DNA of 60,928 bases from a virus (lineage: Duplodnaviria; Caudoviricetes). Positions 26,356 through 35,893 of this stretch are shown piece after piece. The DNA is taken from the IMG/VR virus record IMGVR_UViG_3300032315_000554, positions 1 through 60,928 of that record; one strand, given 5' to 3'. The notes beneath the pieces were generated by a model. The model did not search any database. It saw nothing but the letters and a program-made list of their open reading frames with translations, and was not told the DNA's origin. Position 1 is the first letter of the stretch; the number at the start of each line of letters is the position of its first letter. The translations under genes were made by a program, and so were the position numbers.

Positions 26356-27564
26356 ATGTCGTATGATTGCATTCCCTTGGCGACGATCCAAAACTTCGCC
26401 GCTAAGGACGTTGACCGTATCATTGGTCAGATTGGCCGGGTTCTCGCCCGGAAGTCTCCTTACATTAACTCCATCGATGGTGGAACGCTACCTAACGTCT
26501 CTGACGTGGTTCGCTCTGTTGTCGAGGAAATGGCTGTTCCTGCGTCCTCGCTCGCGGCTCCTGTTTTCGTCAATGACACCACACTCTGTGGCGTTGGCGC
26601 CAACCCGGACCTCGTCGGCAGCACCGAGTACAGCTTCCAACTCCAAACCCTTCGCGGTGCTGGTCCCCGTGTCTGCGTCAAGCAGGCTCGCACGGCATTC
26701 AAGGGAAGCTATCTGCAGGCTCAGGTCTCTCTTGAGAAGACCATCCTGCAGATCATCAACGCTGACATCCGGTACCAGTACCTGATCCAGTCGGGCATCA
26801 AGTTTGTCGCCAACAGCACCCGTGCGTTCACACAGAACCTCACGGGCGACATGCAGGCGCTCAACACGAAGTTCGCGGCAGTCCTCCCGGATGCTCCGAT
26901 GAACTTCAAGACGCTCTACAAGATCGGCAGCTTCCTGCGCGAAGAGATGCTGGCTGAACCCTTCGCGACCCGTGACGGAGAATTCTTCCAAGTCTTGGCG
27001 AGCGCAGATCAGATCGAAAACTTCCGCAATGACGCTGATGTCAAAGAGGACTTGATCGGTCTGACCACTGGCTCCTTCCGCCTCGGCGAGGAGAGCATCG
27101 CTGGCTACCAGTTCATGGGCTACCGGGGCTTTGCTTTCGGCATCGACCAGCAGCCTCTCCGGGCGACTGGATTCGACGGAAGTAACAACCTTGTTCTGGT
27201 CAACCCGATCATCAGCCAGTCCGTGGACAACGGCTTCGCTCAGCGCCGTAACCCTGCTTGGGTTAGTGCTCCGTACGAGGTCATGTTCGTCATCGCTGGC
27301 GAAGCGTTCAAGCGCCTCGTCCCCGAGTCGTACACTGGTGAGGGAACCTTCAAGTTCGCTCCTCAGCTTGCGATGGGCGAACTGGAGTGGACCTACTTCC
27401 GCGACAACGACTGCAACCTGTACGGTGACTTTGGTCAGCACATCTACCAAATTCAACGTGCGATTCAGCCGATCCGTCCGCAGAACGTCTGCGCCATCGT
27501 CTACAAGCGTTGCCCGTTTGACGGTCTGCCTCTGGCTTGCTCGACCAGCACGACTGGTCTCTAG
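26356..27564 (+). CDS. Major capsid protein
   Basis: 402 aa with strong codon bias, own promoter, downstream hairpin and position after the scaffold. Confidence 0.8.
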   Translation: MSYDCIPLATIQNFAAKDVDRIIGQIGRVLARKSPYINSIDGGTLPNVSDVVRSVVEEMAVPASSLAAPVFVNDTTLCGVGANPDLVGSTEYSFQLQTLRGAGPRVCVKQARTAFKGSYLQAQVSLEKTILQIINADIRYQYLIQSGIKFVANSTRAFTQNLTGDMQALNTKFAAVLPDAPMNFKTLYKIGSFLREEMLAEPFATRDGEFFQVLASADQIENFRNDADVKEDLIGLTTGSFRLGEESIAGYQFMGYRGFAFGIDQQPLRATGFDGSNNLVLVNPIISQSVDNGFAQRRNPAWVSAPYEVMFVIAGEAFKRLVPESYTGEGTFKFAPQLAMGELEWTYFRDNDCNLYGDFGQHIYQIQRAIQPIRPQNVCAIVYKRCPFDGLPLACSTSTTGL

Positions 27565-27568
27565 TCTA

Positions 27569-27628
27569 AGAGTCATCTGATCACGGCGGGGGATGAGCAA
27601 TCACTCCCCCGCCCCATCAGGTGATTCT
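27569..27628 (+). promoter_or_regulatory. Long hairpin after the capsid gene (stabiliser, processing site or atypical terminator)
   Basis: AGAGTCATCTGAT..GGCGGGGGA..TCCCCCGCC..ATCAGGTGATTCT; no U-tract. Confidence 0.65.
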
Positions 27629-27663
27629 GTGCATAGGTCACGGGCTTACCGCTTTAAGAATAC

Positions 27664-29976
27664 ATGAGCAGTCCTAGTATTTTAGATACAGCGGAGTATC
27701 GTAAATTGGCGCTTATTGCTGCTGGAGTGAACCTTTCCTCTATTCCTCCAATACTAGATACAGCAACTTGGCGACATCTTATGCTTGCCGCTCTGTATGA
27801 AATCGGCAGCGGCGGAGGAGGAGGAGGAGGATATATTAATGGTATAGTCAATACTTATAACGACTTGCCAGTGACGATAGGAACACCTGCAATCAATTCA
27901 GTTTATCTTGTGCGATTTTCCACAGGAATATGGCTAATCAACAGACACCCGGCTGGACTGTATATTCGTATATCCGATTTGGGAAATTTAGACGATTGGG
28001 AATATCTAGGAACATTTCCTGAGGTTCAGTCAGACTCGCGCTGGCGAGTTTATAATGAAGCCGCCCCAACTAAGGAAGTTGCTCTGGATGTCAGCGGGGT
28101 AACCTCAGGGGTCACAAGAACTTTATCCGTACCGAATGCGTCTGGTCGCATCCAAGTCGAGGGCCAGCCAATAGGAAACACCGCGCCAGCCGCAGGCACC
28201 TTCACCACCCTCACCGCGAACACCTCTCTTGCCGTAGCAGGCGGAATTATCACTGGCGCATCAAACGTCATTGAGATGGTCAATGCAAGCAACACACAAA
28301 CATTTCGCATCTACAGCAGTTTTTCATTAGCTAACATTTTTTCTCGGCTGTCGATTCGCGGTGCAAATCCATTTAGCGGCAACCACATCATTGCGACTGA
28401 AAAGGGAACCAGTGGCGGCGCGGCAAAGGGACTTGATCTTCAGACTGACAGCGTTACACGCTTGACGTTAGGCGAAACTGGAGGGGTGACGGTAGCCAGC
28501 GGCAACCTCGTTGTCACAGACAACACGGGAGGCGAAACCGCAACCTTCGACGCGCAGAATAAGCTGACGGCAAATCGGACGTATAATCTGCCTAATGCCA
28601 CTGGAACTATCGCGCTTAACGAAACCTTCGCCGCCCCGCCAGCCATCGGCAGCACCACGCCAGCCGCCGGATCGTTTACGACTTTGAGCGCGAGCGATTA
28701 CCTCACCGCATCCAACGCAACGGCCAGCCCACCGACAACTCTTACAGCGGCGAGAGGTATTCAATGGTCTGGTCTGGGCGGCACTTTTTCCAACACTGCG
28801 TCGATCTACGGATCATACAACGGCGGAATTCCGACTTTCGGAATCGGCACAGGAGCGTCAGCTGGTTCCACGACAGAAATCGCAGCGTTCAACTCAAGCG
28901 GTATTACTTTTAATAATGTGCTCAACATTCCAGACGGCTCCAGAACCGCGCTACCCTTCCGCTTCACCAGCGAAACCAACAACGGATTTTATCGTCGAGG
29001 CGCAAACACGCTGACTTTTGTGAACGGCGGCAGCAATCGCTTTGAGATCAGCGGAACGCAAGTTCGTTTGGAGGTCAACCAGAGCTTTGGTTGGGTTTCC
29101 AACGATTTAACTGGTTCAATAGATTTGAATTTTGTTCGTGATGCCGCCGATACCCTCGGTCAACGCCGTGGTTTAGTTGCCCAGCGTTACAACCTCTACG
29201 GCACATTCACCAGCACCACGAATTTTGAACGTCTGTTTCTGGACTACAACGCCACAGCGTTAGCCTTCCGTATCGGCACGGAGAAGGGAACCAGTGGATC
29301 TGCGAGGGCGTTGGAGTTTCAGACGGATGGGGTGACGAGGATGACGCTTGGCGCAACTGGAATTTTCACCTATAGCGCGGCTGCAACTTTCAACGTCAAT
29401 ACCACTGGTTCTGGGAACAATACGTTAACTCTTGATAATGGCGGGACGGCTGGCTCGGCGAGGATGCTTGTTGGTGCTGGAGGATCACATAGTCAAACGA
29501 TAACAATGGACCCTCGCGGGGTAAGCACAGGACAGCCCACGATAAATGCCGCTTCTAATCCAGCATGGCTTCATCTTCAAACGGGAGCGACCACTCGTTT
29601 AAGTCTTGGCCCAAGCGAGGCCAATTTTACCGTGCCAATCATTCGCATCGGCGGCACAACCAGTCTTTTCCCCGCGCTGAAGCGCAGCAGCACAACGCTG
29701 CAAGTGAGGCTGGCGGATGATACCGACTTCGCCCCGCTCTCCTGCGGTGCCTTGACCCTCAACGGCAACCTCGACGCCTCCACGCGAAACATTGTCACCG
29801 ACACCACAACAGGAACCAAGATCGGCACGGCAACCACGCAGAAGATCGGGTTCTTCAACGCAACGCCTGTAGTGCAGCCGACCGCCGTGGCAGACGCAAC
29901 GGACGCCGCAACCGTGATTACTCAACTCAACGCCTTGCTTGCGCGTGTGCGAACACTCGGCCTCATCGCCAACTAA
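27664..29976 (+). CDS. Head/tail fibre protein (770 aa)
   Basis: G/T/A-rich; IG.T.PAAG.FTTL repeats; C-terminal GFFNATPVVQPTAVADATDAATVITQLNALLA..LGLI resembles head-fibre termini. Confidence 0.8.
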   Translation: MSSPSILDTAEYRKLALIAAGVNLSSIPPILDTATWRHLMLAALYEIGSGGGGGGGYINGIVNTYNDLPVTIGTPAINSVYLVRFSTGIWLINRHPAGLYIRISDLGNLDDWEYLGTFPEVQSDSRWRVYNEAAPTKEVALDVSGVTSGVTRTLSVPNASGRIQVEGQPIGNTAPAAGTFTTLTANTSLAVAGGIITGASNVIEMVNASNTQTFRIYSSFSLANIFSRLSIRGANPFSGNHIIATEKGTSGGAAKGLDLQTDSVTRLTLGETGGVTVASGNLVVTDNTGGETATFDAQNKLTANRTYNLPNATGTIALNETFAAPPAIGSTTPAAGSFTTLSASDYLTASNATASPPTTLTAARGIQWSGLGGTFSNTASIYGSYNGGIPTFGIGTGASAGSTTEIAAFNSSGITFNNVLNIPDGSRTALPFRFTSETNNGFYRRGANTLTFVNGGSNRFEISGTQVRLEVNQSFGWVSNDLTGSIDLNFVRDAADTLGQRRGLVAQRYNLYGTFTSTTNFERLFLDYNATALAFRIGTEKGTSGSARALEFQTDGVTRMTLGATGIFTYSAAATFNVNTTGSGNNTLTLDNGGTAGSARMLVGAGGSHSQTITMDPRGVSTGQPTINAASNPAWLHLQTGATTRLSLGPSEANFTVPIIRIGGTTSLFPALKRSSTTLQVRLADDTDFAPLSCGALTLNGNLDASTRNIVTDTTTGTKIGTATTQKIGFFNATPVVQPTAVADATDAATVITQLNALLARVRTLGLIAN

Positions 29977-29980
29977 CTTT

Positions 29981-30307
29981 ATGCTAACCAACCCAACCCC
30001 AATAGTGACGGACCCCGTTCCGTCGAAAACCTACGACAAGCTACATGTGTATACGCTCTCCGCGATCCAGCCTACGGCGGATTCGGGAAGCATTACCGTG
30101 GAGCTTCTGCCATCTACTTCGGATGGACAGCTTGCTTCGGGAGACAAAGTCCAGCGCATGACCGCGCCCCTGAACCCTGAAATCATGGTAGCCGTGCCAG
30201 AGTTGAAAGCTGCGTTCGATGCCGTGATTGCGGCGATCCCCGCCACACAAGCCTATCTGGCGAGCCAGCAAGAAACCGTCGAACAGGAGGAAACTATCAA
30301 TGAATAA
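29981..30307 (+). CDS. Fibre-associated hypothetical protein
   Basis: Follows the fibre gene; ATG 29981. Confidence 0.7.
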   Translation: MLTNPTPIVTDPVPSKTYDKLHVYTLSAIQPTADSGSITVELLPSTSDGQLASGDKVQRMTAPLNPEIMVAVPELKAAFDAVIAAIPATQAYLASQQETVEQEETINE

Positions 30308-30458
30308 GACAGTCACACTAACAGAGGAAGAAGCTCGCATCGTGATGCAAGCTCTGGATATTGCTACAAAAACCGGGGGGCTGAATGCTGCCGCGCAACT
30401 TTTGCCTGTTGCGGTGTCCATTGAGAAGCAGTTAACAAATAAAGAAGAATCGTCATAG
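30300..30458 (+). CDS. Small helical protein (52 aa), possible fibre chaperone
   Basis: MNKTVTLTEEEARIVMQALDIATKTGGL; overlapping start. Confidence 0.7.
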   Translation: MNKTVTLTEEEARIVMQALDIATKTGGLNAAAQLLPVAVSIEKQLTNKEESS

Positions 30459-30469
30459 AGTGCAAAACA

Positions 30470-30784
30470 ATGAATCCTCAGGCTGTAATTGATGCCACTA
30501 ACCATGCGGCAGCGCAAAGCGACAGATGGATGTTTGTCGCCTTGCTGGTAATTGGACTTCTTGCAATAGGATACTTGTTCCGGTTTTTTACGCAGCGAAT
30601 CGATGCGCTTCAAACGCGAATGGACGTTCAGAGCGGCGACTTTATTAGCCATCTGCAAAAAGCAAACAAGGAAATGCTGGAGGTCATCAGCCTTGCACAA
30701 TCGACAATCTCAAAAAATTCTATGCTGATGGAACGGGTAGAAAGAAGGTTAAACGAGGGCGGCAGGAGAATAAGTGACACATGA
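30470..30784 (+). CDS. Membrane protein with coiled coil (holin or i-spanin candidate)
   Basis: One TM segment then coiled coil; lysis context. Confidence 0.6.
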   Translation: MNPQAVIDATNHAAAQSDRWMFVALLVIGLLAIGYLFRFFTQRIDALQTRMDVQSGDFISHLQKANKEMLEVISLAQSTISKNSMLMERVERRLNEGGRRISDT

Positions 30785-30999
30785 AGCCCAAACAGATTTC
30801 ATTAGTACTCGTAATTGCACTTGCAATAGCAATGCTTGCATTGCTTACGGGATGCGTGAGCGTACCTATACCGCCGGGCGGCGACAATTCAGGAAAACTT
30901 GGAAGACTGGAACTTAAACTGGTCTTCATACCGAATATCTCTGGAGCTATCGACTATCTCTGGAGCCAACAACAACCAAAACCAACATCATCAAAATGA
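30781..30999 (+). CDS. Lipoprotein (o-spanin candidate)
   Basis: Signal peptide with lipobox LLTGC; Pro-rich mature part. Confidence 0.65.
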   Translation: MKPKQISLVLVIALAIAMLALLTGCVSVPIPPGGDNSGKLGRLELKLVFIPNISGAIDYLWSQQQPKPTSSK

Positions 31000-31172
31000 A
31001 AAACATCCTCAGCGTTCTGCTTCAAAAACTAACCGAGAATTCCACTTGGCGCGGACTCATCCTTCTTAGCACCGCACTTGGACTCCGGTTAGAACCCGAG
31101 TTGCAGACGCAAATCATCTCCGCTGGCCTCGCCTTGGTCGGCGTCATCAACGTCATCCGCAAAGGAAAGTAA
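30996..31172 (+). CDS. Holin (58 aa, not in ORF track)
   Basis: MKNILSVLLQKLTENSTWRGLILLSTALGLRLEPELQTQIISAGLALVGVINVIRKGK; two hydrophobic helices and basic tail; coupled to the endolysin. Confidence 0.75.
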   Translation: MKNILSVLLQKLTENSTWRGLILLSTALGLRLEPELQTQIISAGLALVGVINVIRKGK

Positions 31173-31723
31173 TGGTTCCTCGCTCAAAGCCGAAACAGTC
31201 TAAGGACGCAACTGAGAAGTTGCTCCGAAGGGCTGGAGTCACTGAGAAGGTGGCTCTTGTCGGCGTTCGGGGATACTACAAAAACACTCTAGGCAAGCCC
31301 AACGAAAACGACATCGGGATATACGACGATGCTGTTTTCTTGGTCTCGCCAGAGGTGTATGCGGCGTTCAATGCAAACGTAGATCCATCAGTGCTGAAGC
31401 CGAATGTCGCGACACTGGTTCCGGGCGTCTACATGTACAAGAAAGGGAAGCATGGCATATCCCGTGGACCCGGATACCCGGCGCTCAGGCCAGCGACTGC
31501 TGGCGAAAGGCTTCCTGTTCGCAGGTGGAACGAGAAAACTAACGACTACTACTACGACACTGGAGTAGCCATAAACGTCCACAAAGGATCTCTAAGATCA
31601 ACCTCGTCTGATGGTTGTCAGACAATATACCCAAGCCAGTACGATGCGTTTATAAGTCTCGTCTACAGCGAGATGAAACGATTTTCCCAAAAACTAATCC
31701 CGTACCTTTTAGTAGAATATTAG
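31172..31723 (+). CDS. Endolysin candidate with YkuD/L,D-peptidase-like H..C motif
   Basis: VGVRGY, YDD and INVHKG....SSDGCQ. Confidence 0.75.
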   Translation: MVPRSKPKQSKDATEKLLRRAGVTEKVALVGVRGYYKNTLGKPNENDIGIYDDAVFLVSPEVYAAFNANVDPSVLKPNVATLVPGVYMYKKGKHGISRGPGYPALRPATAGERLPVRRWNEKTNDYYYDTGVAINVHKGSLRSTSSDGCQTIYPSQYDAFISLVYSEMKRFSQKLIPYLLVEY

Positions 31724-31724
31724 T

Positions 31725-32162
31725 ATGAATCCAAAAAATAGAATCCTAGCACACATCAAGCGAACCGGGTGCAAAGACCCTGAACGCATCCGCAAGTTCT
31801 TCAGCAAGAGCGAAGAGGGGTCAATTTCTATGGCGATTATTCGTCAGGTTGTTGGTAACGGCTCAGAAGAAAAGAGCTACCAGAATACTCCGAAGACCAA
31901 GTTGCGGATCAAGAAGCACTCGTTGGACGATTTTCGCGTAGAGAACGACTTCAGCTTCAAGATCGAGAAAGCTATCGACGAGTTGGGTGACGGTTACCTG
32001 ACCGAGAACGAGTTCAAGCTGGTTTGCGGAGTCCCCGCGAGCTACTTCAGGCGCTTCGCCGATCTCCCCGAGTTTCGGAACAATCACTTCAGGTTGCGCG
32101 ATGTTGTCTATTGGGCTTCCGAGAAAACCATCAAACAGATGAAAGAAATAGTGGGGATCTAA
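31725..32162 (+). CDS. Hypothetical protein (145 aa)
   Basis: Tightly packed ORF. Confidence 0.75.
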   Translation: MNPKNRILAHIKRTGCKDPERIRKFFSKSEEGSISMAIIRQVVGNGSEEKSYQNTPKTKLRIKKHSLDDFRVENDFSFKIEKAIDELGDGYLTENEFKLVCGVPASYFRRFADLPEFRNNHFRLRDVVYWASEKTIKQMKEIVGI

Positions 32163-32164
32163 CC

Positions 32165-33004
32165 ATGAAAAAGAAGCCCAAAACCGTACAGCAGTTCGAG
32201 AACGAATATATTGCCTCTCCTGCTGGTCAGGAGCGCATCAGCGGCATGAGTCGCATTCTGGAGCACCTGCAAAACACGAAGAGGACTACCTCCATCAAGA
32301 TTCCCGAAGACACCATCAGGGTCGGCATTTTTGGAGACACGCATTTCGGTTCGTTGTACGAGGATCTTGAGGCGCTAAATGCCTACGCTGACGCATGCCG
32401 CAAGCGTGGGGTTCAGGCTATGGTACACGCCGGGGACGTTCTCGAAGGGCACAAGCTGTTTCGTGGTCAAGAGTACGAGACCCACAAGCATGGGTGGGAA
32501 GCTCAGAGCAAGTGGTTCGCCGAGGTGGCGCCTGACTTTGGCGTCCCGGTCCACTTTATCACTGGCAACCATGATATCAGCCTGAAACGTGCCGCTGGCA
32601 TCAGTGTTGGGAGCGGACTTGAGCAGTTGCGCCCCGATTGGATCTTCCTTGGCGAGGATCATGGAGAGATCAATTTCTCCATGAAAAATGGCAGGAGTAT
32701 TAAATTCGGCTTATTGCACCCCGGAGGAGGCTCGTCCTACGCACTCTCCTACCGCGCCCAAAAGATAGTTGAGCAGATCGAGGGCGGAACTAAGCCTGAC
32801 GTTCTGGCTATTGGGAACTACCATAAGAGCGATTGGCTCCCATCGTACCGCAACGTGTCGGTCTTGCAGGTCGGATGCTTCCAGCGCCAAACGCCATTTA
32901 TGCTAACCAAAGGTCTTTCGGCTATGGTCGGAGGATGGATTTTGGAGATTGGAATGGGAGAAGGTTGCTCTCGCCAGAGAGCAGAGTTTTTTCCGTTCTA
33001 TTAA
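32165..33004 (+). CDS. Calcineurin-like metallophosphoesterase
   Basis: GDTH, AGDVLEG, GNHD, LHPG and GNYH motifs. Confidence 0.9.
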   Translation: MKKKPKTVQQFENEYIASPAGQERISGMSRILEHLQNTKRTTSIKIPEDTIRVGIFGDTHFGSLYEDLEALNAYADACRKRGVQAMVHAGDVLEGHKLFRGQEYETHKHGWEAQSKWFAEVAPDFGVPVHFITGNHDISLKRAAGISVGSGLEQLRPDWIFLGEDHGEINFSMKNGRSIKFGLLHPGGGSSYALSYRAQKIVEQIEGGTKPDVLAIGNYHKSDWLPSYRNVSVLQVGCFQRQTPFMLTKGLSAMVGGWILEIGMGEGCSRQRAEFFPFY

Positions 33005-33011
33005 AAAGTGT

Positions 33012-33039
33012 TTGCATTACTCTAAACGGAAAATAATCT
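33012..33039 (+). promoter_or_regulatory. Possible tail-module promoter
   Basis: TTGCAT-16nt-TAATCT in an AT-rich gap. Confidence 0.45.
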
Positions 33040-33057
33040 CAAACAAACCTTACGCAT

Positions 33058-33750
33058 ATGTCGAACTGCAGCGATCCCTATAACAATGTATGTCGTCAGG
33101 ATATTCCTTATCCTCAGGTCAGCCCCGAGAGCGTTCCTTCACTGATCGATAATCTTGTTACTGCTCTCTACGGATCTTTTTACAATCCTCAAACTGGCAC
33201 TGGCTTTATTACAAAGTCTGTGGTTAATGGTCGCGTTGTTTGGAACATTGCTTGCGATCCTCAAAATAATCCGGCGGACGTTCCGACAATACCTCGACTT
33301 CCCGGAGAAGGAACGCTGTGCTATTTGCTTAGAATTTTCGAGCTTACAGTTCCACAATATGCCTTGGGAGTTCCCCAAGGAGGATTGCGTTGGTCGCTTG
33401 CCGGAAACGATGTGGCGACAACGCTAAGCCTAACAGGTGCCGTAAGCACCAGCACAACAGCTTATATTGTATCTGTAGGGGGCGTAATACAGGATCCTAG
33501 TAGTTACACCCTTAACACAGCGTCTCTACCGTACACTTTAGTTATGCCAGCACCGATACCAACTGGCGTGGATCTTGTTGCGGTAAGCATCAATAGCCCT
33601 GTTGCTGGATGGTATAGCGCATCAGGAGTACCAAACGGTCTTATCACTGCTCCTGTCGGAAGTATTTACACAAATACGTCTGGAGGCGCCAACCAAACAC
33701 TTTGGGTCAAAGAGTCTGGTTCTGGAAATACTGGATGGGTTGCTAAATAG
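33058..33750 (+). CDS. Tail fibre/adaptor protein
   Basis: VGGVIQDP.SY domain; C-terminal APVGSIY...LWVKESGSGNTGW motif seen in tailspikes. Confidence 0.75.
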   Translation: MSNCSDPYNNVCRQDIPYPQVSPESVPSLIDNLVTALYGSFYNPQTGTGFITKSVVNGRVVWNIACDPQNNPADVPTIPRLPGEGTLCYLLRIFELTVPQYALGVPQGGLRWSLAGNDVATTLSLTGAVSTSTTAYIVSVGGVIQDPSSYTLNTASLPYTLVMPAPIPTGVDLVAVSINSPVAGWYSASGVPNGLITAPVGSIYTNTSGGANQTLWVKESGSGNTGWVAK

Positions 33751-33773
33751 TAATATCAACCAACAACAAAGCT

Positions 33774-35114
33774 ATGTCATTAATACGAATCAAAAGTCCG
33801 GTCATTGAAAATGGCACAATTGTTAATGCGGATCTCAGCCCGTCTGCAGCAATTGACTTTAGCAAGCTGGCTGCACTGGATAGCGCCAATATTCTCGTAG
33901 GAAACGGTAGTAATGTCGCGACCAAGGTTGCCGTTACAGGAGATGTAACGATCAACAATACGGGTGTGACAGCTATCGCAAATTTGGCTGTTACCGCCGG
34001 AAAAATTGCTGACAGTGCTATTAACGATTTGAAGCTCGCAAACAATGCGGTTACGAGTGCGAAAATAAATAACAATGCGGTAACACTCTCGAAGTTGGCT
34101 AATCCGCAGTACACTGGTTTACGCAATCGGATCATCAACGGCGACTTTCGCGTAGCTCAGCGTGGTACAAGTTTTGTTTCAGGATCCAACAACGACGATA
34201 CTTATAATCTTGACCGTTGGTATGTTCTTTCTGACGGCAACGATGTGGTAGACATCACGCGCACAACGACAGAAATTCCTACTGGAGGATTTTCTGCCAT
34301 TGCCTTGGACGTAGAAACGATAAACAAGAAATTCGGCATTGCTCAGATTATTGAACAACAGAACTGCATAGGATTGATTGGCGGCAATGTGACGCTGACA
34401 TTCAAGGCAAGGGTTAGCTCTGTCGCAAAACTGGACAATATCAAAGCGGCGGTTGTTGCGTGGACGGGTGCTGCTGATGCTGTTACAAGCGATATTATTT
34501 CTGCATGGGGAGCCGAAGGAACTAATCCCACCTTGATCGCTGATGCCGTATACGAAAACACTCCGGTTAATCTTGCCGTCACAACAGCTTACGCGACTTA
34601 TTCCATTGCTGCCAACGTGGATACAGCCAACGCAAAAAACATTATCGTGTTCATATGGAGTGACGTAGATGACACGACACTTGGCGATTTTCTTTACATC
34701 ACCGATGTTCAGCTTGAACCGGGAACTGCTGCTACTCCGTTTGAGGTGCGACCAATTGGTGAAGAACTGGCTTTGTGTCAGAGATATTATTACCGTTCTG
34801 CCGCAAGCACGAACGCAGACCGTTTTGGCGGAGGCTTCACTACTACAACAGCAGTCGCAAATGCGCTTATTTCGTTTCCGGTTACCATGAGAGGCGCCCC
34901 AACGGCACTTGAGCAGACTGGAAACGTGGCGGACTATCGTTTGTTTCATCTTGCGACCAGCACGACATCCACTGTCGTTCCATCATTTGTCACTGCGTCC
35001 CCCAATATGGCGACAGTGGCAGTTACTGCAGGAGCCGCTCTGGTCGCCGGGCAAGGAGCGGCGATTGCCGCTGCCACTACTAACGCATTTCTAGGATTCT
35101 CTGCAGAACTTTAA
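33774..35114 (+). CDS. Tail fibre with carbohydrate-binding-like domain
   Basis: AVT..K(I/L) repeats; NRIINGDF..AQRG, DRW and VQLEPG..ATPFE.RP..ELALCQRYY. Confidence 0.85.
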   Translation: MSLIRIKSPVIENGTIVNADLSPSAAIDFSKLAALDSANILVGNGSNVATKVAVTGDVTINNTGVTAIANLAVTAGKIADSAINDLKLANNAVTSAKINNNAVTLSKLANPQYTGLRNRIINGDFRVAQRGTSFVSGSNNDDTYNLDRWYVLSDGNDVVDITRTTTEIPTGGFSAIALDVETINKKFGIAQIIEQQNCIGLIGGNVTLTFKARVSSVAKLDNIKAAVVAWTGAADAVTSDIISAWGAEGTNPTLIADAVYENTPVNLAVTTAYATYSIAANVDTANAKNIIVFIWSDVDDTTLGDFLYITDVQLEPGTAATPFEVRPIGEELALCQRYYYRSAASTNADRFGGGFTTTTAVANALISFPVTMRGAPTALEQTGNVADYRLFHLATSTTSTVVPSFVTASPNMATVAVTAGAALVAGQGAAIAAATTNAFLGFSAEL

Positions 35115-35126
35115 TACCTGAAAAAT

Positions 35127-35522
35127 ATGGCATACACCGACAAAAAAATGGAACTTCCTGATGGATTTATCGATCTCGGAGAAAAAATTTCTTCTTCCGA
35201 TTTAAGACCGATGGAGGTGAAGGATGTTTCCTACCACTATCCATCTCTTTACTTCGCTGATGCAAAGGGAATGGAGTCGCTCCCAGAAAGTGGCACGGCG
35301 ACAATCCATTTCAAAAAGGTGATGGAACGCAAGGAGACGGTTTCTACCGAAAACGGCACCGAGAAGCGTTACAGCGTTGAGCTTCAGATTTGTGGAATTA
35401 AGCCCGACGAAGATTCTGTGGATTTAGAGGAGAAAGAAGACCCCGAAGACATTTTTGAGCGCGAACTTTCCAAGTACGAATCTGAAGAAGAGGAAGACGA
35501 GTCGGAAGAAGAAGAGGACTAA
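35127..35522 (+). CDS. Acidic hypothetical protein
   Basis: Poly-E/D C-terminus. Confidence 0.75.
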   Translation: MAYTDKKMELPDGFIDLGEKISSSDLRPMEVKDVSYHYPSLYFADAKGMESLPESGTATIHFKKVMERKETVSTENGTEKRYSVELQICGIKPDEDSVDLEEKEDPEDIFERELSKYESEEEEDESEEEED

Positions 35523-35525
35523 TTT

Positions 35526-35888
35526 ATGGCTAAAAAAACAGACAAAAATCCGGCTCCAAACGCCGATGCAATGATGCCTGAAAACGCACCCGTGGACATG
35601 GGCGCCGGGGAGCCTATGCTCCCCATGCCTATGGGCGCCGAAATGCCCGAGGGCGGCGGCAAGGTGATGATGCAGATTCCCAAGGAAACCTTTATGGGAG
35701 TCCATCAGATCGTTGTCCAACTGGCTACGGCGCTAGACGAATTGGCTGCAGGTATTGCCAGTCAGGACGCCGCAGAGACCGTTGTCGCTGACGCTGAGAT
35801 GGCTCCAGAGGGCGCCCCGATGGCTCCAGCCGACGAGGCGTTCTTGGAGGAAATGGCGATGCAGGGCAGTCAGCGTGGAGTTGTGTAA
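35526..35888 (+). CDS. Acidic Met/Ala/Pro-rich hypothetical protein
   Basis: Tightly packed ORF. Confidence 0.7.
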   Translation: MAKKTDKNPAPNADAMMPENAPVDMGAGEPMLPMPMGAEMPEGGGKVMMQIPKETFMGVHQIVVQLATALDELAAGIASQDAAETVVADAEMAPEGAPMAPADEAFLEEMAMQGSQRGVV

Positions 35889-35893
35889 GCACT

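Noticed and set aside
27664-35114. Diversity-generating retroelement targeting the fibres
   Set aside because: No reverse transcriptase and no template/variable repeat pair were seen
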